DNA from: Gemmatimonadota bacterium
GTDB taxonomy: Bacteria > Latescibacterota > UBA2968 > UBA8231
Length of the DNA: 64,000 nt
Reading direction: 5' to 3'
NCBI GenBank assembly: GCA_018660835.1
Contig: JABJJN010000054.1
Location: 36,877-100,876, forward strand
Shown here: positions 28,735 through 38,106 of the stretch, in pieces
Position numbering within the stretch: position 1 is the stretch's first letter
How the letters are laid out: every line of letters begins with the position of its first letter
Made by a program: the position numbers and the translations under genes
The notes under the pieces: model-generated
What the model was told of the DNA's origin: nothing
Databases searched by the model: none
The model's input: only the letters and a program-made list of their open reading frames with translations

Positions 28735-29733
28735 TTGCAGACCCGTGAGATACGCCTCGAGCGTTACCCCGACGGACTACCTACATCCGACCACTTCAAT
28801 CTGGTTTCCGTCGATCTACCTGAGCCACAAGATGGTGAGGTACTGGTGCGCAACCGCTTCATGTCGGTCGATCCCTATATGCGCGGCCGGATGCGCGAGG
28901 GCAATCCGTATTTTTCGCCCTTCGCTCTGGGTGTCGCCCTCGATGGTGGATGTGTCGGCGAGGTCATCGCCTCGAACCACCCGGACTTCGAGGTGGGGGA
29001 TGCCGTCACCGGCTTCTACGGCTGGCGTGAGCACTTCGTCACCTCGGGTAGCGAGGTGACCCACGTAGATCCCGACCTTGCGCCGCTTTCGACTTACCTT
29101 GGTACTCTTGGGATGCCGGGAATGACCGCCTACGTTGGCCTCCTCGACATCGGGCGCCCTGAGCCTGGCCAGACCGTATTCGTCTCCGCCGCCTCTGGGG
29201 CGGTCGGTTCGATCGTCGGCCAGATTGCCCGGATCAAGGGCTGCCGTGTCGTCGGCAGCGCTGGTTCAGACGAGAAGGTCGCCTGGCTCTGCGACGAGGC
29301 CGGTTTCGACGCCGCCTTCAACTACAAGTCAGCAGGTGATCTCGCCGCCGAACTCGACCGCCATTGCCCCGACGGTATTGATGTCTACTTCGACAATGTC
29401 GGTGGTGCCCACCTTGAGGCGGCCATCGACCGCATGAACTTCCATGGTCGCATCGCCTTGTGCGGAATGATCGCCCAGTATAACGCCACTAAAACGTCCT
29501 CAGGTCCTGCAAACCTGATGTTAGCCGTCGGCATGCGTCTCACACTCCAGGGTTTCATCGTCAGCGACTACGAGCATCGACGTGAAGCCTTCCGTGCCGA
29601 CATGGCCGCCTGGATCGGTGCAGGTCAGATCAAATGGAGAGAGACCGTGATCCAGGGACTCGAGAATGCACCGGTCGCCTTCACCGGGCTTTTCCGCGGT
29701 GACAATATCGGCAAGATGGTCGTCGAACTGTAG
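28735..29733 (+). CDS. NADP-dependent alkenal/enone oxidoreductase (zinc-free MDR, YncB/CurA/PTGR-like)
   Basis: YPDGLPTSDHFNLV...VLVRNRFMSVDPYMRGRM and the Rossmann motif AASGAVGSIVGQIARIKGCRVVGSAGSDEKV. TTG start. Confidence 0.85.
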   Translation: MQTREIRLERYPDGLPTSDHFNLVSVDLPEPQDGEVLVRNRFMSVDPYMRGRMREGNPYFSPFALGVALDGGCVGEVIASNHPDFEVGDAVTGFYGWREHFVTSGSEVTHVDPDLAPLSTYLGTLGMPGMTAYVGLLDIGRPEPGQTVFVSAASGAVGSIVGQIARIKGCRVVGSAGSDEKVAWLCDEAGFDAAFNYKSAGDLAAELDRHCPDGIDVYFDNVGGAHLEAAIDRMNFHGRIALCGMIAQYNATKTSSGPANLMLAVGMRLTLQGFIVSDYEHRREAFRADMAAWIGAGQIKWRETVIQGLENAPVAFTGLFRGDNIGKMVVEL

Positions 29734-29801
29734 GCTCACCGGCCCCTCATGGACGCGAAAGTGCAGCAACCTTGTGAAAACCTGGATGATGCGACATAGG
29801 A

Positions 29802-30752
29802 ATGAGCGGACCGAATATGGAAAAACTGGATCTTGAGGCCCTGCCGACACGGCACTACGATCACCTTGTGTTCGACAGCATGCGTTGGCAGATTTTCGAA
29901 ACGCGCGCTGATGACATCCTGATCTGTACGCCCTACAAATCAGGCACGACGTGGATGCAGATGATCTGCGCCTTGCTGGTATTCCAGCGGCCAGACCTTC
30001 ATCTGCCCCTGGCGGAGATCTCACCTTGGATGGATCTGAAAGCGGCGACGGCGGAAGACACGCACGCAGTCTACGCCGCCCAGAGTCATCGACGGTTCAT
30101 TAAAACACACACGCCCCTGGACGGTCTGCCCTGGTATCCTGAGGCGACCTACATCTGTGTTGCCCGGGATCCACGCGACATCTTCATGTCGATGATGAAT
30201 CACCTGCGCAATGGCAATCCAGATGCAGAGGCGATTTTCATGCGTGAGTTACGTGAGGCGGGGTTCGTACCGGAGGTGCCCGACGATCCGAATGCCTTGT
30301 TCACCAATTGGCTCGGCAAAGGCAGTTTCGAATGGGAGAGCGATGGAGCACCCTACTGGTCGGTGTTTCGCCACGTTGCTTCATTCTGGGCGCATCGTGA
30401 TATGTCGAACATTCACATGGTGCACTACAGTGACTTGAAGACCGATCTTGACGGTCAGATGCGTCGAGTTGCACAAGCTCTGCGAATCGAGATTGCCGAG
30501 GACAGGTGGCCCGAATTGGTTGAGGCAGCTCAGTTCGAGAGTATGAAGAAGAATGCAGATCGCACGGCACCAGATACGAATTTCAAGATGTGGAAGTCCA
30601 ATTCACAGTTCTTCAACAAAGGAACCACCGGGCAATGGCAGGGCGTGCTGTCGTCGGAGAGTCTGGCGCTCCTGGATCAGCTAACGGACAAGTACCCAGC
30701 AGACTACATCGACTGGCTCTTCAATGGTTCGAAGTTGACGGCGGAATCCTGA
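29802..30752 (+). CDS. PAPS-dependent sulfotransferase (Sulfotransfer_1-like)
   Basis: The 5'-PSB loop CTPYKSGTTWMQMI and a 3'-PB-like segment VARDPRDIFMSMMNH are present. The architecture resembles cytosolic or StaL-type sulfotransferases. Confidence 0.8.
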   Translation: MSGPNMEKLDLEALPTRHYDHLVFDSMRWQIFETRADDILICTPYKSGTTWMQMICALLVFQRPDLHLPLAEISPWMDLKAATAEDTHAVYAAQSHRRFIKTHTPLDGLPWYPEATYICVARDPRDIFMSMMNHLRNGNPDAEAIFMRELREAGFVPEVPDDPNALFTNWLGKGSFEWESDGAPYWSVFRHVASFWAHRDMSNIHMVHYSDLKTDLDGQMRRVAQALRIEIAEDRWPELVEAAQFESMKKNADRTAPDTNFKMWKSNSQFFNKGTTGQWQGVLSSESLALLDQLTDKYPADYIDWLFNGSKLTAES

Positions 30753-30798
30753 ATGCAGGTGGTATGATGACACTCACGCACGCGGACAGACGAAGAGC

Positions 30799-31206
30799 AT
30801 GACAGTCGAGATCAGCCTCAAAGACAAGATAGAAGATGAGGAGGTGTTGGCGCTCTATCGCGCCAATGACTGGTCCTCGGCAGAGAAACCTGTGCAGCTT
30901 CTGGCGGCACTGCGTGGGTCTCATACGCTTGTGACGGCACGGGCTGAAGACCGGCTTGTAGGAATCGCCAATGCGATCTCAGATGGACATCTGGTGGTCT
31001 ACTACCCTCACCTATTGGTGCATCCGCATTTTCAACGTCGAGGAATTGGACGAAGGATGATGGCGGCACTGCAGGGGAGGTATTCAGCCTTTCATCAGCA
31101 AATGCTGACGGCGGATGGGGAAGCCATCCCATTTTATGAGGCCCTTGGATTCGTCCGGGCAGGAAAAACAGAGCCCATGTGGATCTACGCGGGCAGTGAA
31201 CACTAA
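30799..31206 (+). CDS. GNAT-family N-acetyltransferase
   Basis: LLVHPHFQRRGIGRRMMAAL ... FYEALGFV. 135 aa. Confidence 0.8.
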   Translation: MTVEISLKDKIEDEEVLALYRANDWSSAEKPVQLLAALRGSHTLVTARAEDRLVGIANAISDGHLVVYYPHLLVHPHFQRRGIGRRMMAALQGRYSAFHQQMLTADGEAIPFYEALGFVRAGKTEPMWIYAGSEH

Positions 31207-31221
31207 GAGAAAGAGGTCACG

Positions 31222-31854
31222 ATGGAACGTGTATTCGCAAATCTCTACCGCATGGGCGCCCCCAACAGGAGAGGGACGAGCTACTCCTATCTCCTCGTCC
31301 GCAAGGAGGGAAACCTTCTGGTCGCGCACCAAAGCGCGCCCTCACGGGCGGACATTGCCGAGATCAAGAAACTTGGCGGCATAGAAAGCCAATGGGTCTG
31401 CCACCAGCATGATACGCTCACAGACGGTGCGCATGAAGATCTTCACGATCGCTTTGGCTGCGTGCTACACCACCACACCCAGGATAGACCGGCGGTACGC
31501 AAGAAAACGAAGTGCCCAGTGGAGCAGCACGGCAACGAGGGTCTGCAGTATGCACCTGATTTCGAGGTGATGTACTGGCCGACTTGCACGTCCGGACACT
31601 GCATCTTCCGCTGGCGAAGTCGAGGTAAGTACTACCTCTTCACGAGTCACGCAATCTATGCCCAGGGCAATAAGTGGGAACTGCAGTTCAACCCGCGGCG
31701 CATGGACCAGATCGGCCCGCAGCTTTCCCAACTCGCAAAGGCACAAGTGGACTACGTGTTTCCCGGCTACTCACCAGCCGATGAGAGTGGTTTCTACCGT
31801 CTCAATGACCAGACACGGAAGTCCCTGGCAAAGGCGATGAAGGCTGCAGCCTGA
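31222..31854 (+). CDS. MBL-fold-like protein with H-x-H-D motif (paralog B)
   Basis: It aligns by eye along its length with 14917-15615 (NLYRMG / NLYRFTG; YLLVRKEGNLLVA / YLIVREGGNLLLP; WVCHQHDTLTDG / FVTHNHDVDG; KYYLFTSHAI / KHFLFTSHVI). Confidence 0.55.
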   Translation: MERVFANLYRMGAPNRRGTSYSYLLVRKEGNLLVAHQSAPSRADIAEIKKLGGIESQWVCHQHDTLTDGAHEDLHDRFGCVLHHHTQDRPAVRKKTKCPVEQHGNEGLQYAPDFEVMYWPTCTSGHCIFRWRSRGKYYLFTSHAIYAQGNKWELQFNPRRMDQIGPQLSQLAKAQVDYVFPGYSPADESGFYRLNDQTRKSLAKAMKAAA

Positions 31855-31886
31855 TCAAATAGGGCAGCTATCGAGAGGAGATCGCT

Positions 31887-32492
31887 ATGTCCGCATCATC
31901 CCCATCCCATCTCAACCTTGACCGTCTCAAGCGTGAGGCACGAGACCTCCTGAGTTCCTTCAACACAGGAGACGACGAGGCCATTTCGCGTGTGCAAAGT
32001 CACCTACGCAGGCTCCGCGAATCTGGTGAGACGTCGCAGCAGGACAGGCCCGTTGGTTTGCAGGAGGCGCAGTTTGTCGTGGCCCGCGAGCGCGGCTTCG
32101 AGAACTGGTCAGAGATAAGGCTGGCGACGAATCGTCCGACGCGGGCTGCCATTCCTGTTCTCGTGGTCCCTGACCTCAAGTCGGCGATCGATTTCTATAC
32201 ATCGAAGCTTGGGTTCACCGCCGGTTGGGATTATCCAGATCCCCCGACCTATGCTTCTGTCGCTTTTGGTGACGCCGAGATCCACTTGAGTGAGGTCGCC
32301 GACATCAAGGACACCGGTACCGATGTCTGGCTCTATCTCCAGGTTCAGGATGTAGATGACTTCTACGATTGGTTGGTGTCCAACGGCGTTGAAGTCGAGG
32401 GGCCTCCTGAGCAACGACCCTGGGGGATGCGAGAGATCGTTGCAACCGACCTCAACGGCTATCGTTTTCACATTGGAAGCAGTACGGAGTAG
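31887..32492 (+). CDS. VOC-family (glyoxalase/bleomycin-resistance-like) protein with N-terminal helical extension
   Basis: The C-terminal part reads PVLVVPDLKSAIDFYTSKLGF...RPWGMREIVATDLNGYRFHIG. The N-terminal roughly 90 aa reads LKREARDLL...LQEAQFVVARERGFENWSEI. Confidence 0.8.
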   Translation: MSASSPSHLNLDRLKREARDLLSSFNTGDDEAISRVQSHLRRLRESGETSQQDRPVGLQEAQFVVARERGFENWSEIRLATNRPTRAAIPVLVVPDLKSAIDFYTSKLGFTAGWDYPDPPTYASVAFGDAEIHLSEVADIKDTGTDVWLYLQVQDVDDFYDWLVSNGVEVEGPPEQRPWGMREIVATDLNGYRFHIGSSTE

Positions 32493-32502
32493 AGCCGTGG
32501 CA

Positions 32503-33027
32503 ATGACCACCTTCATCACGGGCGCATCAGGAACCGGGAAGTCCGCCCTTGTAAGTGCTCTCTGCTCTGCCGGTATCAAAGCTGTCGATATGGACGTTGT
32601 GCCAAATATAGCGAGATGGCTGAATCGAGACACGGGGACGCCGAGCAACTGGCAACCTGATGCAGGCGAAGAGTGGCACGGCTCGCACGACTGGATCGTC
32701 TCGACCGATCGTCTTAGTGAGTTGCTTCGCGACGATGAACTGCGTGTCGTCGCTGGGCTGTCTACCAATCAGTTAGAATTCGTCGATCAGTTCGACCTCT
32801 TAGTTCTGCTGCAGTGTTCTGAGATGACATTTCTGCAACGAATTCAGGAGCGTCCAGAAAACCGCTATGGCAGACAGCGATCGGAACGCAAACGGATACT
32901 GGGCACGTACAAGCAGATGGAAGCGGAGATGCTCCGGGCGGGAGCCATTCCTATCGACACAGACAGAGATCTCGATCTCGTCACGAGGGATGTCAGCGAT
33001 CTGCTCGACCAGCAACTGCAACCTTGA
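32503..33027 (+). CDS. P-loop NTPase / small-molecule-kinase-like protein
   Basis: The internal ATG 32503 gives MTTFITGASGTGKSALV (Walker A). Size is about 174 aa. The upstream part of the track ORF overlaps the VOC gene. Confidence 0.6.
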   Translation: MTTFITGASGTGKSALVSALCSAGIKAVDMDVVPNIARWLNRDTGTPSNWQPDAGEEWHGSHDWIVSTDRLSELLRDDELRVVAGLSTNQLEFVDQFDLLVLLQCSEMTFLQRIQERPENRYGRQRSERKRILGTYKQMEAEMLRAGAIPIDTDRDLDLVTRDVSDLLDQQLQP

Positions 33028-33049
33028 TGGGGCGTAAGGAGCGTGCAGG

Positions 33050-33685
33050 ATGAAAGCATCATCGGTTGAAGAGGTAAGAGAACTCTATGATGAAACGGCG
33101 GACTCCTATGCAACTATGATGGACGCCGAGATTGATCTCCCACTCTATCGTTCTGTCCTTGGGCGCCTGAACACACAGTTGCAAGGTGTTCCTGGTGTAC
33201 TGGTAGATACATCGTGCGGCTCTGGTCACATGTTGGCCATGTATCATCAACAATACGATCAGCAGCGTGCGCTGCTCGGCGTGGACCTCTCCGAGAGAAT
33301 GGTCGACATCGCCGCGATTCGACTCAGGGAGGCTGCCACGGTCTGCGTCGGTGATATGCGTGCGTTGAACATGGTAGAGGACGACTCAGCGGCTGCCGTG
33401 CTCAGCTTCTTTGCATTGCACCATCTGGACCCCGCCGGTGTTCGCCTCGCTCTTGCGGAGTGGCACCGTGTGACAAGACCTGGTGGGCGACTACTGATCG
33501 CCGCTTGGGAGGGGGAGGGTGCGATCGACTACGGCGAGGCATCCGAAGTGGTGGCATTGAGATATGGTGACATCGAGCTCGCCCGGTGGGCTCGTGACGC
33601 TGGGTTTGCTGTCGATCGCGTGTTCGTCGAGCCTGTCGAGGGCATGTTCATGGATGCAGTCTATTTGGATGCCACTAAGCCGTAG
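33050..33685 (+). CDS. Class I SAM-dependent methyltransferase
   Basis: Motif I is VLVDTSCGSGHMLAM. The post-I segment is LLGVDLSERMV, and GGRLLIAAW is also present. Confidence 0.8.
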   Translation: MKASSVEEVRELYDETADSYATMMDAEIDLPLYRSVLGRLNTQLQGVPGVLVDTSCGSGHMLAMYHQQYDQQRALLGVDLSERMVDIAAIRLREAATVCVGDMRALNMVEDDSAAAVLSFFALHHLDPAGVRLALAEWHRVTRPGGRLLIAAWEGEGAIDYGEASEVVALRYGDIELARWARDAGFAVDRVFVEPVEGMFMDAVYLDATKP

Positions 33686-33749
33686 CACACGACACAGTGG
33701 GCGACGTCGCTGCATAGGGGCGTGTTGGGTGGGCAGGGCGTCTGCGTGG

Positions 33750-34904
33750 CTACTGGCTGAAACTACGCACGGCGTCCTCGTCGATGTCCACACCGAGACC
33801 CGGTGAGTCATCGATGACGAAAGCGCCGTCCCGAGGCGTCGGATAGGTGTTGGCGATCCGGGCCTTGTGTTCGTGAGCGCCGTGTGAGTGCTCGAGGATC
33901 TGAAAGTTGGGGATGGCGGCGCTGAACTGAACCGAGGCGGCGACGGAGAGAATCCCGCCTCCACCGACATGCGGCGCCACGGGCAGACCGTACGTGTCGC
34001 AGATTCCAGCGATGCGTTTCCCCTCGGTCAATCCCGTGCGCGCGATATCGGGCATGGCCACGTCGAAGGCGTGAGCGTCAATCCAGGGGCGCCACTCCCA
34101 AGCGGTGCGCAACCATTCTCCTGTGGAGATCTGCAGATCAAGGGCTGCCGCCACCGTCGCGTGACCACGTACATCCTCGGCCATCGTCGGCGCTTCGAGC
34201 CAGCGTACACCCAATTCCTGAAGGCCACGTCCCAAGGTGATGGCCGCCGCAGTATCTCGTGTTCCATGGACGTCGACGAGAAGCTCTACCCCTTCGCCGA
34301 CAGCGTTTCGTACACCAGAAACGATGGCGAGCAGTTGATCGTTCGGTTGCCGCAAGTGGAGTTTGAGGGAATGGTAGCCCGCCTCGACGTGTCGCTGGGC
34401 GACATCGGCAGCCTTCGCGGGATCTGCCGCGCTGATTCCCGCGTAGATGGCGATGTGATCGCGGAAGCGACCACCCAACAAGCGGTGGGCGGGCAGGGAC
34501 AAGCTCTTGCCACGCAGATCGAACAACGCCAGATCGATGCCGGCGAGGGCGTCCACGTAGAAACCTGTGGCGTGCCCGCGCTCGCGCATCGCCGAATACA
34601 GGCGATACCAGATGTACTCCACATCGTTGGCGTTTCGACCGATGAGCAAGGGGGCACACAGGTCTTCGACAATGCCGACGACCGTCCGGGGAGAGACGGG
34701 CGCCTGGGCCTCGCCCCAGCCGATGACACCATCCTCAGATTCGATCCGCACCAGACAGGTCTCGTGCCGGCGTGAATAGATGGACGTCCAATGGTTGCGA
34801 TCAATGTAGTGGTCGGGGCCGACGTCCTGCCGCTGTGGATCGGGCCGTGCCTCTGACTCGGCGGGCATACGTATGGCGAAAGCGTCAACGCGACGGATGA
34901 GCAA
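33750..34904 (-). CDS. Enolase-superfamily enzyme (mandelate racemase/muconate lactonising, acid-sugar-dehydratase-like)
   Basis: N-terminal capping domain (IGWGEAQ), HSLKLHL, LLVDVHG, RWLEAP and STGEW provide the metal and acid-base ligand pattern. Confidence 0.85.
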   Translation of the reverse strand: MLIRRVDAFAIRMPAESEARPDPQRQDVGPDHYIDRNHWTSIYSRRHETCLVRIESEDGVIGWGEAQAPVSPRTVVGIVEDLCAPLLIGRNANDVEYIWYRLYSAMRERGHATGFYVDALAGIDLALFDLRGKSLSLPAHRLLGGRFRDHIAIYAGISAADPAKAADVAQRHVEAGYHSLKLHLRQPNDQLLAIVSGVRNAVGEGVELLVDVHGTRDTAAAITLGRGLQELGVRWLEAPTMAEDVRGHATVAAALDLQISTGEWLRTAWEWRPWIDAHAFDVAMPDIARTGLTEGKRIAGICDTYGLPVAPHVGGGGILSVAASVQFSAAIPNFQILEHSHGAHEHKARIANTYPTPRDGAFVIDDSPGLGVDIDEDAVRSFSQ

Positions 34905-34982
34905 GGGACCCTCCGGGGAGAAGCGTGGACAAATGACACGGCGGTCTAAAGTAGGTCTACCCGCCCGTGTCAGTCACTTTGC

Positions 34983-36392
34983 TCAGCCCACCTGCTCTCC
35001 ACCGGACAGCTCGGCACGGTGGAAGGCCCACAGAGCAAAGAACAGGGCAAGGATCGTCTCAACTAGCAGCGAAGTAATCGGTACCAGCCCTGTTTCAAGA
35101 CGCTGCTCAAGGGGAACCGGTGTCGACTGAAAGCGAGGAATCAGGGATGGATCCAATTCTTCCTGGGACATGAAATCCTGGAGGAAGGGGATGTGGGGAG
35201 AGGTTGGGTCAGATTCATCTCGAGCCCGCAGGAATTTCTGTAGGTGCTCTCTGTAGCGGTGTCCCTGTCGGCCGAAGTTCTCCATCCACTGTAATCCCGA
35301 TCCGAGCAGAGCCTCCACTGAATACTGGAACGCATACCCAGGGGACAGAAGGTTGACACGTCGGGCCACACGGAACTGCTCCCAACGATCTTCCTCAATC
35401 TGGTCGCGAAGCCGATTCACCTGACCGTCTATCTCACGCATGCGGCGAGCGAATCGACGCTCTGCAGCATATCCATCTGCCGCAGCAATCTCCATCGCTC
35501 GGGGAACAGATCCCTCGCGCTGCAGCGACTCCCACGTGGCACTTTGTAGTTCATTCATCTCGTCCCAGCGACTGTCATCCAATTGCATGGTCTGGGTCGC
35601 CACCAGGTAGGATGCCTGAGGAATCACGACGATGAGGAGAGTCCAGATTGTCACCAGGAACACGAGAGACGTCGCTGAATTTCTGGCCAGCACCGATACA
35701 CCCATGGACAGCAACAGAAACAGAGCGGCGAAAAGCGTTGCGGACAGCAAGAACGTCATATAGCTGAGCCACAAGGCCGCATCCAGTGAGACGAGGCCAC
35801 CCAAAGCCAGAATGGCGAGGCTGATCAAGCTGCCAAGAGCAACGGACACGACAAGTGTCGCAAGGTGGGCGAGGAACTTTCCGAGCATAAAGGCGGCGCG
35901 TGGCACAGGATTGGCCATGACCAATCGCAGTGTGCCGCGTTCCAGTTCGCCTGAGACAGCATTGTAGGCCAGCACGATACACAGAAAGGAGAGCACATAG
36001 CGCACGATCAGAGTCCAGTCGAGTACCTCGAAACGACGCATCCAGTTGTTCGTCGTGCGAAGTGTCTGGTAGCCGAGATTCGTGCCATACTCAGGATTCA
36101 CCCACAGCACCGATGGGAACCAGTTGAAGCCGGCTTCGGAGATAAACTCTGTCCCGGTCTCCTGATTGAGGATCTGGACCCACGTCTCAGCAGCAGCACC
36201 AACACTCGATACGTCCTCGATGCGACGCTCCATCGTCTGTTCGATCATGGCATCTTCAGATACCAGTCGCTCGATCTTCATCGAATAGATGATGCCGTTG
36301 CCAACGAAGAACAGGAGCAATACGACAAGACTCACCTGGAAGCGCAGGGAACGCAGATTGTCGTGCAGTTGCAGGTTGAAGATCGTCCACAT
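34983..36392 (-). CDS. ABC-2-type transporter permease with large extracytoplasmic loop and long C-terminal extension
   Basis: An N-terminal TM, a loop of about 100 aa, the SGELERGTLRLVMANPVPR signature, five TMs, then a charged extension of about 190 aa that ends in a further TM. It resembles DUF3526-type permeases as I remember them. Confidence 0.7.
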   Translation of the reverse strand: MWTIFNLQLHDNLRSLRFQVSLVVLLLFFVGNGIIYSMKIERLVSEDAMIEQTMERRIEDVSSVGAAAETWVQILNQETGTEFISEAGFNWFPSVLWVNPEYGTNLGYQTLRTTNNWMRRFEVLDWTLIVRYVLSFLCIVLAYNAVSGELERGTLRLVMANPVPRAAFMLGKFLAHLATLVVSVALGSLISLAILALGGLVSLDAALWLSYMTFLLSATLFAALFLLLSMGVSVLARNSATSLVFLVTIWTLLIVVIPQASYLVATQTMQLDDSRWDEMNELQSATWESLQREGSVPRAMEIAAADGYAAERRFARRMREIDGQVNRLRDQIEEDRWEQFRVARRVNLLSPGYAFQYSVEALLGSGLQWMENFGRQGHRYREHLQKFLRARDESDPTSPHIPFLQDFMSQEELDPSLIPRFQSTPVPLEQRLETGLVPITSLLVETILALFFALWAFHRAELSGGEQVG

Positions 36393-36402
36393 GGCGCTCG
36401 GC

Positions 36403-37968
36403 CTATTGTGGGTCGTAGCGCAAGAAGCGCGCTACGGTGAGTAACACGGCGGCACCGAAACTCAGGAGCAGCACCGCCAGTCCGATGGTCATGGTGCCAA
36501 CACTATCCCCCAAGGAGCGCTGCCAGCGACCACCGAATTTGGGCATGTCACTCAGATCGAGTCGCCGGCCCGCGTCGTCATTGGCGAGTCGCTGTTGTTC
36601 CTCGGCCCATGCCATGCGTTCCATCATGTACGGAGCATCAGATCTGAGCATGTCTGTGGTGATTGATTCTGGTTGGGGGATCATAGGCTCCTGACCTGGT
36701 GGATCGTCGGTGAACCACCGCTGTGAGCCAAAGGCATTCTTGCCGCGCAGATACTGGATATAGGTGTCGCGATAGTCCTGGCCTGCCCGACCCGCGTAGA
36801 ATAGATCGTCGAGTGTGGTGCGTGCCAGACGGTAGGCGAGAACCTGATAGTTTGTGAAGGGAGACAGGGCACTCCAACGATCGACGACGTACGCTTCCTG
36901 CGCCAACGGGTCCCAGGTCCCGTAACGTGCCTGATAGCGACGATCTGCATTGTCGGCTCTCATGCCCATAGCATTCGCCTGGTGTCGCTCGAGCCAGCGA
37001 TACGCAGTCGGGTGATTGAAGCGCCTGCGCCCGTCCCGATTGATGCCTTCCCAATAGGCATCTGCAGGAGGAGGATTCTGCTCTTCCCAGTGGCTCACTT
37101 GCTGTCGCCACTCACGCCAGATTTCGTCGTTCTGATCGACATAGTGCTGGTGCGGGATCTCATCATGCCCGTAGCGCGAGAAAGAGGGCAAGGCACTGAT
37201 GTAGCCGACGCCTCCCACGAGCCATGCAAACAGACAGATGATCAGCGCTGTGTCCGTGTCACGAGCAAAGGCGGACACGGCGAGACTCAACGAGAAGATC
37301 TGCGCAAGGAACAGACATGTCAGCAGATAAAGAAGCCCGAGGCGCAGCCAGTCATCACCACTGAATACCACATTAACATTGGCCAGGGCAATCAATAGAC
37401 AAAGCACGAAGGCGAGGGTGAATGGGATCCAAAGCGAAATGATGCCACCGATGAGTTTGGCCAGCACGACGTAGGCTCGGGGAATCGGATTCGTCAGCAA
37501 CTGCTTCAATGTCCCTCGCTCGCGCTCGCCGCAGATGCCATCAAAGCCGAGGACGATGGCCAGAAAACTCAACAACACGGTGACAACGGTGATGAAGTCG
37601 ATCTGGATGAGAGCCTTCATGTAGCCCGAATCGCGATTGCTGAACAACTGCTCCGGGCCGCGACCGTAGTCGTCTATCCTGATGTCGTAGGAGAGCGGTG
37701 CGACGCCAACGACACCACGAGCGAAGATGGCCAGCGGTTGAGGCGGCAGGATGATGGTCGGACTCAGTCGCTCATAGATCGTGACCTGCTCGATCAGTTC
37801 ACGCTGGTTGCGTAACTCATCCTCATAGCTGGCCACGTTGCGGGAGTAGTCGAGACTGCCGATGACCGTCGTCAGAGCAGACAGCACGATCGTGAAGACG
37901 AGAGCGATCGACAGTCGATACGTGAGCAGATTGGTCAACAGCTCTTTGCGGACAAGGGACCAAATCAC
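36403..37968 (-). CDS. ABC-2-type transporter permease (paralogous architecture)
   Basis: Same layout as 34983-36392, with CGERERGTLKQLLTNPIPR, and a C-terminal extension of about 250 aa plus a terminal TM. It lies 10 nt upstream of the second permease. Confidence 0.7.
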   Translation of the reverse strand: MIWSLVRKELLTNLLTYRLSIALVFTIVLSALTTVIGSLDYSRNVASYEDELRNQRELIEQVTIYERLSPTIILPPQPLAIFARGVVGVAPLSYDIRIDDYGRGPEQLFSNRDSGYMKALIQIDFITVVTVLLSFLAIVLGFDGICGERERGTLKQLLTNPIPRAYVVLAKLIGGIISLWIPFTLAFVLCLLIALANVNVVFSGDDWLRLGLLYLLTCLFLAQIFSLSLAVSAFARDTDTALIICLFAWLVGGVGYISALPSFSRYGHDEIPHQHYVDQNDEIWREWRQQVSHWEEQNPPPADAYWEGINRDGRRRFNHPTAYRWLERHQANAMGMRADNADRRYQARYGTWDPLAQEAYVVDRWSALSPFTNYQVLAYRLARTTLDDLFYAGRAGQDYRDTYIQYLRGKNAFGSQRWFTDDPPGQEPMIPQPESITTDMLRSDAPYMMERMAWAEEQQRLANDDAGRRLDLSDMPKFGGRWQRSLGDSVGTMTIGLAVLLLSFGAAVLLTVARFLRYDPQ

Positions 37969-38106
37969 GCGAGAGATCTCCTGCGGGCGGTGTCAGATGA
38001 ATCGATGATCGTGATTCAGGTAGTGCTGTGGCAAATCTGAGGTGATGCGTGGCAATCTGGCGCTACCGACTATCTCGTCGGTTACATGAACCGCCAACCC
38101 ATGGCG

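Noticed and set aside
13195-33685. Chromosomal integron cassette array (many short, same-strand, functionally unrelated genes of typical cassette families).
   Set aside because: No intI-like integrase is present. Intergenic spacers are mostly under 30 nt or negative. The longer spacers I read (14006-14070, 14780-14916, 18971-19135, 19820-20090) show no attC-like imperfect palindrome bounded by RYYYAAC and GTTRRRY.
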